DNA of 64,000 bases from an uncultured Acidobacteriota bacterium (GTDB lineage Bacteria; Acidobacteriota; Thermoanaerobaculia; UBA5066), in assembly GCA_963779415.1 (NCBI GenBank), contig CAVZYA010000001.1:160001-224000 (forward strand). Direction: 5' to 3'. A model generated the notes under the pieces. That model had not been told where the DNA came from. It saw nothing but the letters and a program-made list of their open reading frames with translations, and did no database searches. Below, piece by piece: positions 19,239-29,057 of the stretch. Every line of letters begins with the position of its first letter. Positions within the stretch are counted from its first letter, which is position 1. The position numbers and the translations under genes were made by a program.

Positions 19239-22065
19239 GGACGTCCGCAGCACGTTCCTCCGATACTTCGAGACGAGGGGGCACGCCGTCGTCCCGTCGT
19301 CGTCGCTCGTCCCGGCGGACGACCCGACGCTCCTCTTCACGAACGCCGGGATGAACCAGTTCAAGGACGTCTTCCTCGGGCGCGAGAAGCGGGCGTACGT
19401 CCGCGCGGCCTCTTCGCAGAAGTGCGTCCGCGCGGGGGGGAAGCACAACGATCTCGACAACGTCGGCTACACGGCCCGTCATCACACCTTCTTCGAGATG
19501 CTGGGGAACTTCTCCTTCGGCGACTACTTCAAGAGGGAAGCGATCGACTTCGCGTGGGAGCTGGTGACGGGGCGCGAGTGGTACGCGCTCGATCCGGCGC
19601 GCCTCTGGGCGACCGTCTACCGGGACGACGACGAGGCGGCGGACCTCTGGGCGCGCCACCTCCCGAAGGAGCGGATCCGCCGCTTCGGCGAGAAGGACAA
19701 CTTCTGGTCGATGGGGGAGACGGGTCCGTGCGGCCCCTGCTCCGAGCTTCACTACGACCAGGGCCCGTCGGTCCCCGGCGACGACGTCCCGAACGCGCGG
19801 GGAGACCGGGTCATGGAGATCTGGAACCTCGTCTTCATGCAGTTCGACCGGGATCCCGAAGGGCGGATGACGCCCCTTCCGAAGCCCTCCGTCGACACGG
19901 GAGCCGGGCTCGAGCGGATCACGGCGATCCTCGAGGGGAAGAACAACAACTACGACACGGATGTCTTCGAGCCGGTCATTCAGAGAATCGGGAGCCTGAG
20001 CGGGCGGAAGTACCTCGGAAACATGGAGGTCGGGGACGCCCCCTTCCGCGTCATCGCCGATCACGCGCGAGCGGCGACGATGCTCATCGCCGACGGGGTC
20101 ATTCCCTCGAATGAAGGAAGGGGATACGTTCTTCGAAGGATCATCCGGCGCGCCCTCCGTTACGCGCGACGGCTGGGCATCGAGACGGAGGCTCTCGTCC
20201 AATCGAAGAAATCGATGCTTGCCTACCTCGCGCAGCCAGTCCTCGAGGGCTTTCGCGGAATTCACTTCTCAGAAGAATCCTTCGAAAGGGTCACGGGGCG
20301 CTTCACCGGTGCCTATTTCGATTACCTTCTGAACGAGGAGTGGCTCTTCAATCGCACGATGTCGGTCGGAGCAGACAAGGTGGGGGAGGAGATCTCCGCC
20401 GCCCGTCGCGAGGCCGAGAGGGCCGGGGAAGGGCACATCACCCTCGGCGGGCCGGCCGTCTTCCACCTCTACGACACGTTCGGAGTTCCGCTCGAGCTGA
20501 TCGAGGAGATCGCGGGCGACGAGGGGATCAAGGTGGACCGCCCGGGCTTCGAGTCGGAGATGGCGAAGGCGCGCGAGCGCTCGAAGGCCGGCTCGAGATT
20601 CGACGCGGAGAGCGGCCTTCCGAAGGAAAGCCAGATCGACCCCTCCTGGGAGACTGATTTCCGCGGGTATCCGGAGCAGGACTTCGTTCGCCTCGAAGGA
20701 GGGCTCGTGCTTGGCCTGAATTCGGTGGAGCGCGGGGAGAAGCTGCCTTTTCTTCGAAAGGGGGAGAAGGGGTGGTGCATCCTGGACCGGACGGTCTTCT
20801 ACCCCGAGGGGGGCGGGCAGGTGGCCGACCAGGGAGAGCTTTTCTGGAAGAGCGAGGGAGGCGAAGGTCGAGCCGTCGTCCTCGACGTGCGCCGCACTCC
20901 TTCCGGGAAGGCGGTTCTCCACCTTCTGAGAATCGAAAGCGGTCTTCTGGCGGCGGGGCAGGTCGTGCGCATGGAAGTCGACGAGTGGACGCGGCGGCGG
21001 ACGCAGGCGAACCATACGGGGACGCATCTGCTTCACGCGGCCCTCCGGGCGGTCCTCGGCGAGTCGGTCCGGCAGATGGGCTCGCTCGTGGCGCCGGACC
21101 GCCTCCGCTTCGACTACGCGGCCTCGCGGCCGACGACTCCGGACGAGATCCGCGAGATCGAGCGGCTCGTCAACGAGGAGATCCTCCGGGACCGGCCGGT
21201 GTCGAAGGAGGTCACGTCGATGGACGCCGCGAAGGCGAAGGGCGCCATCATGTTCTTCGGCGAGAAGTACGGCGAGCGGGTCCGCGTGGTGGACGTCCCC
21301 GGCTTCTCCACGGAGCTGTGCGGCGGGTGCCACGTCGGAAGGACCGGCGAGATCGGAGCCTTCAAGGTCCTCGTCGACCGGGGCCTCGCGGCCGGCGTCC
21401 GGCGCCTCGAAGCCGTGACGTCGCTCGGCGCCGTCGAGAGGCTGCAGAAGGACGAAGAGATCCTCTCGGAACTCTCCCATCTGGTGAACGCACAGCCGCA
21501 CGAACTGCCGGAAAGGCTCAAAGAAGCCCTGGATTCTCTCAGAAAGAAAGAGAAGGAAATCCAGCAGCTCAAGGTGCAGCTCGCGCTGGGCGGCGGCGCG
21601 GGGGCGCCAGGAGGCGTCTCGGGCGGGTCGGCCGCGCGAATGGCCTCCGGCTCTCTACCTTTAGAAGAATCGGTCTCCTCGGACCTTTCCCGAAGCGCCG
21701 GCGCGAATTGGGATGTCGGTGTGCAGGAGATCGCGGGCGTCAAGGTTCTCGCGCGGCGCGTGCCGTCGCTCCCGGCGAACGAGCTGCGAAACCTCGCCGA
21801 TACGTTCCGGGCGAAGCTGAAGTCCGGGGTCGTCCTCCTCGGAACGGAAGGTGAGGAAGGGAAGGTGCTGCTCCTCGCCGCCGTCACGCCCGACCTCGCT
21901 CCGCGCGTTCCGGCGGGCGATCTCGCCCAGGCGATGGCCCCCGTCGTCGGCGGAAAGGGAGGGGGAAAACCGGACCTCGCTCAGGCGGGGGGGCGCGACC
22001 CGTCGAAGATCGGAGAGGCGTTGGAGCGCGGCGTGGCCCGTGTTCGGGAGCGTCTCGGGGCCTGA
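19210..22065 (+). CDS. alaS: Alanine--tRNA ligase
   Basis: DPTLLFTNAGMNQFK, HHTFFEMLGNFSFGDYFK, editing motifs NHTGTHLLH and ELCGGCH, C-Ala GGKGGGKPDLAQAGG. Confidence 0.98.
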   Translation: MTTSRAWTSRDVRSTFLRYFETRGHAVVPSSSLVPADDPTLLFTNAGMNQFKDVFLGREKRAYVRAASSQKCVRAGGKHNDLDNVGYTARHHTFFEMLGNFSFGDYFKREAIDFAWELVTGREWYALDPARLWATVYRDDDEAADLWARHLPKERIRRFGEKDNFWSMGETGPCGPCSELHYDQGPSVPGDDVPNARGDRVMEIWNLVFMQFDRDPEGRMTPLPKPSVDTGAGLERITAILEGKNNNYDTDVFEPVIQRIGSLSGRKYLGNMEVGDAPFRVIADHARAATMLIADGVIPSNEGRGYVLRRIIRRALRYARRLGIETEALVQSKKSMLAYLAQPVLEGFRGIHFSEESFERVTGRFTGAYFDYLLNEEWLFNRTMSVGADKVGEEISAARREAERAGEGHITLGGPAVFHLYDTFGVPLELIEEIAGDEGIKVDRPGFESEMAKARERSKAGSRFDAESGLPKESQIDPSWETDFRGYPEQDFVRLEGGLVLGLNSVERGEKLPFLRKGEKGWCILDRTVFYPEGGGQVADQGELFWKSEGGEGRAVVLDVRRTPSGKAVLHLLRIESGLLAAGQVVRMEVDEWTRRRTQANHTGTHLLHAALRAVLGESVRQMGSLVAPDRLRFDYAASRPTTPDEIREIERLVNEEILRDRPVSKEVTSMDAAKAKGAIMFFGEKYGERVRVVDVPGFSTELCGGCHVGRTGEIGAFKVLVDRGLAAGVRRLEAVTSLGAVERLQKDEEILSELSHLVNAQPHELPERLKEALDSLRKKEKEIQQLKVQLALGGGAGAPGGVSGGSAARMASGSLPLEESVSSDLSRSAGANWDVGVQEIAGVKVLARRVPSLPANELRNLADTFRAKLKSGVVLLGTEGEEGKVLLLAAVTPDLAPRVPAGDLAQAMAPVVGGKGGGKPDLAQAGGRDPSKIGEALERGVARVRERLGA

Positions 22066-22093
22066 CCGCTCCATTGGCCTATAATTCACCCCA

Positions 22094-22831
22094 GTGGTCA
22101 AACAGGTTCTTCGTGTCGGCGCCGGGGCCTCGCTGCTCGTCGCGGCTTTCACCGCGTCGGCCGACGTCCGCCTCGTCCGGAGGGCGGACGGAAGCGCCTT
22201 GATCTACAACCAGATCGGGAGCGGGTGGCTCGTCGAAGGCCGGGCTCCCTCGGACTCGTACCTCGTGGAACGGCGTCTCGCGGCGAGCCCGTGGGACGCG
22301 GCGATCCGGGAGGCCGCCGAGCGCAGCGGCGTCGACCGGGAGCTGGTCAAGAGCGTCATGCTCGTCGAGTCGAACTTCAACGCACGGGCGATCTCGCGAA
22401 AAGGGGCCCGCGGGCTGATGCAGCTGATGCCCGAGACGGCGAAACGGTTCCGCGTGAGGGACCGGTTCGATGCGCTCGAGAACATCCGGGGCGGCGTGGA
22501 GTATCTCGGAACGCTCCTCAAGCTCTTCTCGGGCGACATCGCCCTCGCCGTCGCGGCCTACAACGCGGGAGAGAACGCCGTCGCCCGGCATGTCGGGATC
22601 CCGCCCTTCGCCGAAACCCGCGAATACGTCCGGCGGGTTCTCGTGGCCCTGAACGGAGCGCCCGCCCCTTCGCTCGGCGGAGGATTTCGCGGGCTGACGA
22701 CTCCCCCCGCCTCGCCGGCGCCCCGGAGCAAGAGGGCGCCGGTGCGGGTGGCGAACATCAACGGGACGCCAACCCTCACGAACGTGGATGACACGGACCG
22801 GGTCGGGCCGCAGCTCGGCCGGGTCCGCTAG
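22094..22831 (+). CDS. Secreted SLT-domain lytic transglycosylase
   Basis: Signal peptide; VESNFN, GARGLMQLMPETA, AAYNAGE, ETREYV. Confidence 0.92.
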   Translation: MVKQVLRVGAGASLLVAAFTASADVRLVRRADGSALIYNQIGSGWLVEGRAPSDSYLVERRLAASPWDAAIREAAERSGVDRELVKSVMLVESNFNARAISRKGARGLMQLMPETAKRFRVRDRFDALENIRGGVEYLGTLLKLFSGDIALAVAAYNAGENAVARHVGIPPFAETREYVRRVLVALNGAPAPSLGGGFRGLTTPPASPAPRSKRAPVRVANINGTPTLTNVDDTDRVGPQLGRVR

Positions 22832-22845
22832 GGAGGACGTGCGGG

Positions 22846-24117
22846 ATGTCGAGCGTGCGAAGCGGCGGGGGCTCGGCGACACCGTTCCGGCCCGCTCCCT
22901 TCTTCGACCACGGGCTCTTTCTTCTTCACCTGAACCGCGGGAAGGAAGAGCTGCGCAAGGGGCAGCACGAGATCGCGCGCCGGGAGTTCGAGGAGGCCAA
23001 GCGCCTCCGTCCCCACGACCCGGAGGTGCTCCTCAACCTCTCGATCGCGCTCTTCCATCTCGGGAGCTTCCTCGAAGCCGAGCGCCTCACGAGGGAGCTT
23101 CTCGTCGCGCACGAGAACGCGGTTCCCCTTCTCTTCAACCTCGGCCTCATCCTCTTCAAGTCCGGACGGGAGGAGGAGGCCCGTGAGCCGCTGGAGCGGG
23201 TCCTCGCGCTCGCGCCGGCGCACCGGAAGGCCCACCTGACGCTCGGCCTCATCTGCCAGAGGGGCGGGGAGACGGAGCGGGCCCAGAAGCACCTCCGGAT
23301 GGCGGGCGCCGAGATGAAGGACGGGGCCGAAGAAGACGACTCCATTTCGCGGATGGCCCGGCAGGCGGCCGCGATGCCTGCCCGCAGCCCGGGCGTCGCG
23401 GCGCCCCAGCCGCCCCCCGTGAAGCCGGAGCCGGCCGACTCGATGGCCGGACCGGGGCGGACGCTCGGCTCTTCCGGCAGCTGGTCCCGCTCGGTTTCCG
23501 GCACGTTCCGCGTCGGGCGACGGCCCGATTCGTCTCCTTCTCTCGCGCTCGTGGCGTCGGTCGGCCCCTTCTCGCCGAAGGCGGGAGGGCTTCTCGCGGC
23601 AGAGACCGTGGACGGGCTCCGCGTCCGAAAGGGGACGATCGTCGGGCGGAGCGGCACGCCGTCGCTGGAGCCCGAGCCGCGGCTCGAAGGGGTCCTCGGG
23701 GGGATGCTCCTCAAGGCGTCGGGGCCGGGAAGCCTTCTCCTCGCCGACGCCGGGCGCTTCTCGTTCGTGCGGACCCTCTCGCGCGAATCGCTTTCCGTCG
23801 AGCCGACTCGCCTCCTCGCGTTCGAGGACTCCCTCGCGTATCGCGAGGATCCGGGTTTCGAGCGGCCCCGGGAGATCGACAGACCGTTCCTGAAGCTGAC
23901 CGGATCCGGGGCGGTCGCGATCTCGGGGATCGGCGAGCCCGCACGCTTCGAGGTGGAGTGGGGCCAGCCGCTGACGCTCCTTTTGCGCGTCGTCGTCGCC
24001 TACGGCGGCGAGGTGATTCCGGAGCTTCTCGAGCCGTCGGACACCGGTCCGGCGTTCGACGGGGGCCCCGTGATCCGTTTCGTCGGCGCCGGCTATGTCT
24101 TAGCCGACGCTCGTTGA
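22846..24117 (+). CDS. TPR-repeat plus AIM24-like domain protein
   Basis: N-terminal TPRs (LLNLSIALFHLG, LFNLGLILFKSG, AHLTLGLI); C-terminal SGPGSLLL...LLAFEDSL...LKLTGSGAVAI typical of AIM24-like folds. Confidence 0.7.
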   Translation: MSSVRSGGGSATPFRPAPFFDHGLFLLHLNRGKEELRKGQHEIARREFEEAKRLRPHDPEVLLNLSIALFHLGSFLEAERLTRELLVAHENAVPLLFNLGLILFKSGREEEAREPLERVLALAPAHRKAHLTLGLICQRGGETERAQKHLRMAGAEMKDGAEEDDSISRMARQAAAMPARSPGVAAPQPPPVKPEPADSMAGPGRTLGSSGSWSRSVSGTFRVGRRPDSSPSLALVASVGPFSPKAGGLLAAETVDGLRVRKGTIVGRSGTPSLEPEPRLEGVLGGMLLKASGPGSLLLADAGRFSFVRTLSRESLSVEPTRLLAFEDSLAYREDPGFERPREIDRPFLKLTGSGAVAISGIGEPARFEVEWGQPLTLLLRVVVAYGGEVIPELLEPSDTGPAFDGGPVIRFVGAGYVLADAR

Positions 24118-24143
24118 GCGTCGGGGGTCCTGGCCGACGCCCG

Positions 24144-25916
24144 CTAGCGAATCTCGATCGGACGCATCCGGAGGACTCCCTCCCCGGAGCCGAGGAGGCC
24201 GGCGTCCTCGAGCCGGACGAGGAGCGGGCGGAGCGCTTCCATGGCGAGGAGGACCGACTCGGACGGGTCGGCGTCGTCTTCGCCTCCGGTGAGCCTCGTC
24301 ATCAGGGACTCGAGCGGGCTCTTCCGCTTCGGGAACTCGACGAGCTTCACCGGATCGGCGGCCGGGATCTTCGCCGCCTGCTTCGCGGCGCGGACCGCCG
24401 CCGAAAGACCGCCCAGCTCGTCCACGAGGCCCCGCTCCTTCGCGTCCTCTCCGGTCCAGACGCGACCCTTCGCGATCTCGAGGACCTTCTCCTTCGGCAG
24501 CTTCCGCCCCTCGGCCACCTTCGACGTGAAGTCGTCGTAGATCCGGTCGAGCCAGGCGTTGAAGCGGGCCCACTCGGTCTCCGACCAGGGACGCGAGCTG
24601 TTCCAGAAATTCGCGTTCGCCCCGGTCTCGACCTGGTCGAAGGTGATTCCGATCTTCTCCCACATGGCCGGGGTGACGAACTTCCCGCCGAGAACGCCGA
24701 TCGACCCGGTGATCGTCCCCGGCTCGGCGAGGATCCGGTCGGCGTTCATCGCGACGAAATATCCGCCGGAGGCCGCGACCTCTCCCATCGAGACGACGAC
24801 GGGCTTTCCGGCCCTCCGCGCGCGCGACACCTCGCGCCAGATCGTGTCCGAGGCGACGTACGACCCTCCCGGCGAGTCGACGCGGAAGACGATGGCGGCG
24901 ACCTCGGGGTCCTTCGCAGCCTTGCGGAAGGCGGTTGCCACGCTCTCCGAACCCATCGTCCACGACCCCGTCACGGGGTTGTAGCCTCCCTTGCCGCGCG
25001 CGACGCCCCCGACGCCGTAGATGAGGGCGAGGGTCCGCGCTCCGGAGTCGTACGGCGACCCGGTGCTGTCGCGATACGCCGCGAAGGAGAGAAGCTCCGC
25101 ACCGGCGCCGGCCCGTGACTTGACCCTGTCGGAAACCTCGTCCCAGTAGGCGAGGCCGTCCACGAGCTTCGCTTCCTTCGCCTCGGGGCCGAGAAACGGG
25201 CCCCGGTCGATGAGCGTCCTCACGTCGGCCTCGGAGAGATTCCGCCCCTCGGCGATGCCTCGCACGGCCTGTCCGAATATCGAGTCGAGGAGCCGCTGTT
25301 CGGCTTCGCGGTAGGCCGGCGTGAAGCTCGTGTCCGTGAAGAGGTTCATTGCGTTCTTGTACTCGTAGCGCTGGCCGTACTGCGGCGTGACGCCGAGCTT
25401 TTCGAGCATCCCCCGGAGGAACGGGGCCTCGAGGACGTAGCCGTTGAGGCCGACGTCGCCCGAGGGCTGGAGCCAGATCTCGTCGAACGCGGTCGCGAGG
25501 TAGTACGCCCCGTTGCCGGGTCCGAACTCGCCGAAGGTCTCGGAGAAGGCGACCGCGAACTTCTTCTTCGCCCGGAAGGCGCGGACGGCATCGCGGATCT
25601 CCTGGACCTGAGCAGTCCCGACGGGCGCCGCGCCGACCCGGGCCACGAGCCCCGAGACGCGGTCGTCGCTCCCAGCCCGTTCGAGCGTCTCGACCAGGCC
25701 TCGCAGCGTGAGGGGGGGCTCCGCGCGGAACGCCGCCAGCGGGTTTTCCGGGGCGATTTCGGGGAGGGCGCGTTCGAGGTCGAGCTTCAGGATGGTCTTC
25801 GAGGCGACGGAGACGTGCCCCGTAGCCGGCCGGAAGGTCATGAAGACGGCGACGCCGGCGGCCGCGAGGAGGAAGAGCGTGAAGACGGCAAGGACGATCT
25901 TCGTGGATCGCTTCAT
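24144..25916 (-). CDS. sppA: Signal peptide peptidase SppA (67K type)
   Basis: N-terminal TM; YYLATAFDEI, EYKNA, RVDSPGGS, VAASGGY, TITGSIGV, GRVWTG. Confidence 0.95.
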   Translation of the reverse strand: MKRSTKIVLAVFTLFLLAAAGVAVFMTFRPATGHVSVASKTILKLDLERALPEIAPENPLAAFRAEPPLTLRGLVETLERAGSDDRVSGLVARVGAAPVGTAQVQEIRDAVRAFRAKKKFAVAFSETFGEFGPGNGAYYLATAFDEIWLQPSGDVGLNGYVLEAPFLRGMLEKLGVTPQYGQRYEYKNAMNLFTDTSFTPAYREAEQRLLDSIFGQAVRGIAEGRNLSEADVRTLIDRGPFLGPEAKEAKLVDGLAYWDEVSDRVKSRAGAGAELLSFAAYRDSTGSPYDSGARTLALIYGVGGVARGKGGYNPVTGSWTMGSESVATAFRKAAKDPEVAAIVFRVDSPGGSYVASDTIWREVSRARRAGKPVVVSMGEVAASGGYFVAMNADRILAEPGTITGSIGVLGGKFVTPAMWEKIGITFDQVETGANANFWNSSRPWSETEWARFNAWLDRIYDDFTSKVAEGRKLPKEKVLEIAKGRVWTGEDAKERGLVDELGGLSAAVRAAKQAAKIPAADPVKLVEFPKRKSPLESLMTRLTGGEDDADPSESVLLAMEALRPLLVRLEDAGLLGSGEGVLRMRPIEIR

Positions 25917-25970
25917 GGCGGACCTCAGGCAAGGGACTCTACGACAGAGCCCCGACGGAGTCCCCGGGCG

Positions 25971-27389
25971 TCAGCGGCTCCCCGATTCGAGCGCGGCGAC
26001 GGTCACGTCGAGAAGACGCCGGACGGCGGCCGCATCCTCGTGCTCGGCGTAGATCCGGAGGACCGGCTCCGTTCCCGAGAGGCGGTGGAGGATCCATCCG
26101 CGGCCGCCGAGCAGGAGCTTCACGCCGTCGAGCGTTTCGACGCCGGTGACCCGCTCGCCGGCGACGATCGAAGGAGGAGCCGCTTCTAGGCGGTTCATGA
26201 ACGCACGGAGGACCGGCGTCGGGAGGTGGAGGTCGCGGCGGTCGTAGGCGAGGGCGCCGTAGTCGGCGTCCTGGCGCGCGAGAAGGGAAGAGAAAGAGCC
26301 TCCGGAGTGCGCGATCGTCTCGAGGACGAGGAGCGCCGAGAGGACGCCGTCCCGCTCCGGGAGAAAGAAGGAGACGCCGAGCCCCCCCGACTCCTCCCCG
26401 CCGATCCCGACCTCGCCGGCGAGCATCTTCTCGGCGATGTACTTGAACCCTATCGGCGTGACGTGGAGCGGCACGCCGAGCTTCGCGGCGACCCGGTCGA
26501 GAAGGAGGGATGTCGAAAAGGTCTTCGCGATCCCGCCGCGGATCCTCCCGCGAGCGGCGAGGCTCTCGGCGAGGAGGGCGAGGATCCGGTGGGGCGTCAC
26601 GAACCGTCCGGCGGTGTCGAGGACGCCCAGACGATCGCCGTCCCCGTCGCTCGCGAGAACGAGGTCGAAGCTCTCGCGGCGGAGCGCCTCGATCGAGGCG
26701 GCGAGGTTCCGGGGGATCGGCTCGGGATTGATGCCGCCGAAAGAGGGGTTTCCCTCGGCCCGCAGCGTGGTGACGCGGGTCGGATGTCCCTCGCCGACGA
26801 TCTCCTGAAGGAGCGCCCCGGCCGCGCCGTGGATGGCGTCGAAGAGGACGCGAAGGCCGGCGCGCCGGATGGCCGGAAGATCGACGATCGCGGCGAGGGC
26901 GTCGCGATAGGGAGTCCGGAGGTCCGTCGATTCGGCGGAGCCTCCCTTTCTTTCGGGAAGCGGGCGATCGGCGGACCGCGCGATGGCGTCGTAAGTCTCG
27001 GGCATCGCGCTCCCGCCGAAGTACGACTTGTACTTCACGCCGTTCCACGCGGCGGGGTTGTGCGAGGCCGTGATCGCGACGCCTCCGCGAAGCCGCCGGG
27101 AGAAGACGTGCCACGAGGCGCAGGGCGTCGGAACGGGGGAGTCGGTCAGAAGGACGCGAAAGCCGCGCGTGGCGAGTCGTGCGGCGCTCTCGGCAGCCAG
27201 GTCCGGCGAGAGAAAGCGGGTGTCGTGGACGATCGGCAGCGACCACGGATCGCCCGGATCGGCGTTGGCCGGATCGACGGTCCAGGCGGCCATCGCGTCG
27301 ACGACCCGCGCGACGCTCTCGAAGGTGAGATCGCGGGCGATCCGGCCCCGCCACCCGTCGGTGCCGAAGACGATGGGAGATGGGGTCAT
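25971..27389 (-). CDS. Phosphoglucomutase/phosphomannomutase family protein
   Basis: FGTDGWRG, TASHNP, DGDGDR, GEESGG, RLSGTEP. Confidence 0.95.
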   Translation of the reverse strand: MTPSPIVFGTDGWRGRIARDLTFESVARVVDAMAAWTVDPANADPGDPWSLPIVHDTRFLSPDLAAESAARLATRGFRVLLTDSPVPTPCASWHVFSRRLRGGVAITASHNPAAWNGVKYKSYFGGSAMPETYDAIARSADRPLPERKGGSAESTDLRTPYRDALAAIVDLPAIRRAGLRVLFDAIHGAAGALLQEIVGEGHPTRVTTLRAEGNPSFGGINPEPIPRNLAASIEALRRESFDLVLASDGDGDRLGVLDTAGRFVTPHRILALLAESLAARGRIRGGIAKTFSTSLLLDRVAAKLGVPLHVTPIGFKYIAEKMLAGEVGIGGEESGGLGVSFFLPERDGVLSALLVLETIAHSGGSFSSLLARQDADYGALAYDRRDLHLPTPVLRAFMNRLEAAPPSIVAGERVTGVETLDGVKLLLGGRGWILHRLSGTEPVLRIYAEHEDAAAVRRLLDVTVAALESGSR

Positions 27390-27465
27390 GCGGAGCGCGA
27401 TTCTCGGGGAGGGAGGCGAGTCTGTAAAGGCACGCTCTCGCCGCCCCGGCTAGAATGCCGGAGCG

Positions 27466-28086
27466 GTGATCTCCGTCAACGTCCCGAACGCCCTCACCCT
27501 CCTCCGCATCTTCCTCGTTCCGTTCCTCGTGGTGATCCTCCTGACGCGGATGCCGGCGAAGGAGTACGTCGCGCTGGGCATCTTCCTCGTGGCGGCGCTG
27601 ACGGACGCGCTGGACGGGTACATCGCCCGGAAGTACAAGAAGGTCACGACGCTCGGGACGCTTCTCGACCCGATCGCGGACAAGCTTCTCGTCTCGGCCG
27701 CCCTCATCTCGCTCGTCGATCTGCAGGAGGCGGACGCCTGGGCGGTCTGCATCATCATCGGAAGGGAGTTCGCGGTCACGGGTCTTCGCGCCATCGGGGC
27801 GACGCACGGCATCGTCATCCCGGCCTCGAAGCTCGGGAAATGGAAGATGGCGACGCAGATCGCCGGGATCTCGCTGATGATCCTCGGGGCCCGCCTCGAC
27901 GACATCGGCCTCTGGAGAAAGACGGGCCGTGCCGCCCTCTACGTCATGACCGCCTTCGCGCTCGTCTCGGGATACGACTATTTTCGCCGGTACCTGAAGG
28001 AGCTGCTCCTTCGCGAGCGGACCATCTCAGCCACTTTCGCCGCGGTGCCGCCGCCGAAAGACCGCCCGAAAGACGGGGCGGCCTGA
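27466..28086 (+). CDS. pgsA: CDP-diacylglycerol--glycerol-3-phosphate 3-phosphatidyltransferase
   Basis: PNALTLLRI, TDALDGYIARK...LGTLLDPIADKLL, GKWKMATQ. Confidence 0.93.
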   Translation: MISVNVPNALTLLRIFLVPFLVVILLTRMPAKEYVALGIFLVAALTDALDGYIARKYKKVTTLGTLLDPIADKLLVSAALISLVDLQEADAWAVCIIIGREFAVTGLRAIGATHGIVIPASKLGKWKMATQIAGISLMILGARLDDIGLWRKTGRAALYVMTAFALVSGYDYFRRYLKELLLRERTISATFAAVPPPKDRPKDGAA

Positions 28087-28728
28087 GACCGCGAACTTCC
28101 GCTCGTAGTTCGTCCCGCTCGTCCACGCACCCGTCTCTTCCTCGGCGAGCCGCTCGAGAAGAGGCTCGCCGCCCAGGACCTCCTCGATGACGGACCAGTA
28201 GGCGGCGTGGTCGCTCGCGATGCGAAGGAGGCCTCCGGGGGAGAGACCGCGCGCCGCGGCGGCGGCGAAGGCCGGCGTCACGAGCCGGCGCTTGTGATGC
28301 CTCTTCTTGGGCCACGGGTCGGGGAAATAGACGTGGAGGGCGGCGAGAGCGCCCGGCGGGAGGCGCCGGATGACGAACTCCCGTCCGTCGAGCGGCTCGA
28401 TCCGGACGTTCGAAAGGCCCTGCCTCGCCGCGCGGAGCCGGACGAGAGCGCAGTACTCCGGCTCGATCTCGAGACCGAACCAGCTCCGTTCCGGGTATGC
28501 GGCCGCCGACTCGAGAAGGAAACGCCCCTTCCCCGTGCCGATCTCCATCTCGACCGGCGCCGGACGACCGAAGAGTCCGGGGAGGTCCACCGTTCCCGCT
28601 TCGGCCGTCTCACCCTCGAGGAAGATCCGAGGCGGCGGAATCCGCGACGGATCGGCGTCGGGAGCGCGGCGGAGGACGGCGGTGGCGCCGGCCTTCTTGA
28701 GGGCCCGCCGTACGTACGGCCTCGCCAT
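28027..28728 (-). CDS. trmB: tRNA (guanine-N7)-methyltransferase
   Basis: EIGTGKG, YFPDPWPKKRHHKRRL, ASDH, TNYERKF; ATG overlaps the ferredoxin stop. Confidence 0.93.
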   Translation of the reverse strand: MARPYVRRALKKAGATAVLRRAPDADPSRIPPPRIFLEGETAEAGTVDLPGLFGRPAPVEMEIGTGKGRFLLESAAAYPERSWFGLEIEPEYCALVRLRAARQGLSNVRIEPLDGREFVIRRLPPGALAALHVYFPDPWPKKRHHKRRLVTPAFAAAAARGLSPGGLLRIASDHAAYWSVIEEVLGGEPLLERLAEEETGAWTSGTNYERKFAVSGRPVFRAVFRRRHRGESG

Positions 28729-29018
28729 CAGAGAAGAACCTTCGGGATCGGCACGACCCGGACTCCGACGTCTCCCTCGATCCGGGCCTGGCATCCGAGG
28801 CGGATTCCGGGCCCCATCCCGTACGCGATCTCGTTCGGCTCGATGGGAGAGAGGTTCCCGGGGTTCATGACGCACTCCACGCGGCAGGTGGAGCAGGTCC
28901 CGCCACCGTTGCAGACGTGCGAGATCTCGACGTCGAACTCGAGGGCCGCCTCGAGGACGGTGCGTCCCGCGGCGACGACGCCGCGCTTTCCCTGGTCGAG
29001 GAAGACGACCTTCGGCAT
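28728..29018 (-). CDS. 2Fe-2S ferredoxin
   Basis: CNGGGTCSTC...RLGCQ. Confidence 0.9.
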   Translation of the reverse strand: MPKVVFLDQGKRGVVAAGRTVLEAALEFDVEISHVCNGGGTCSTCRVECVMNPGNLSPIEPNEIAYGMGPGIRLGCQARIEGDVGVRVVPIPKVLL

Positions 29019-29057
29019 CGCCGCCCGCTCAGCGGCCCGTCCGGGGTGAGTACCCGC

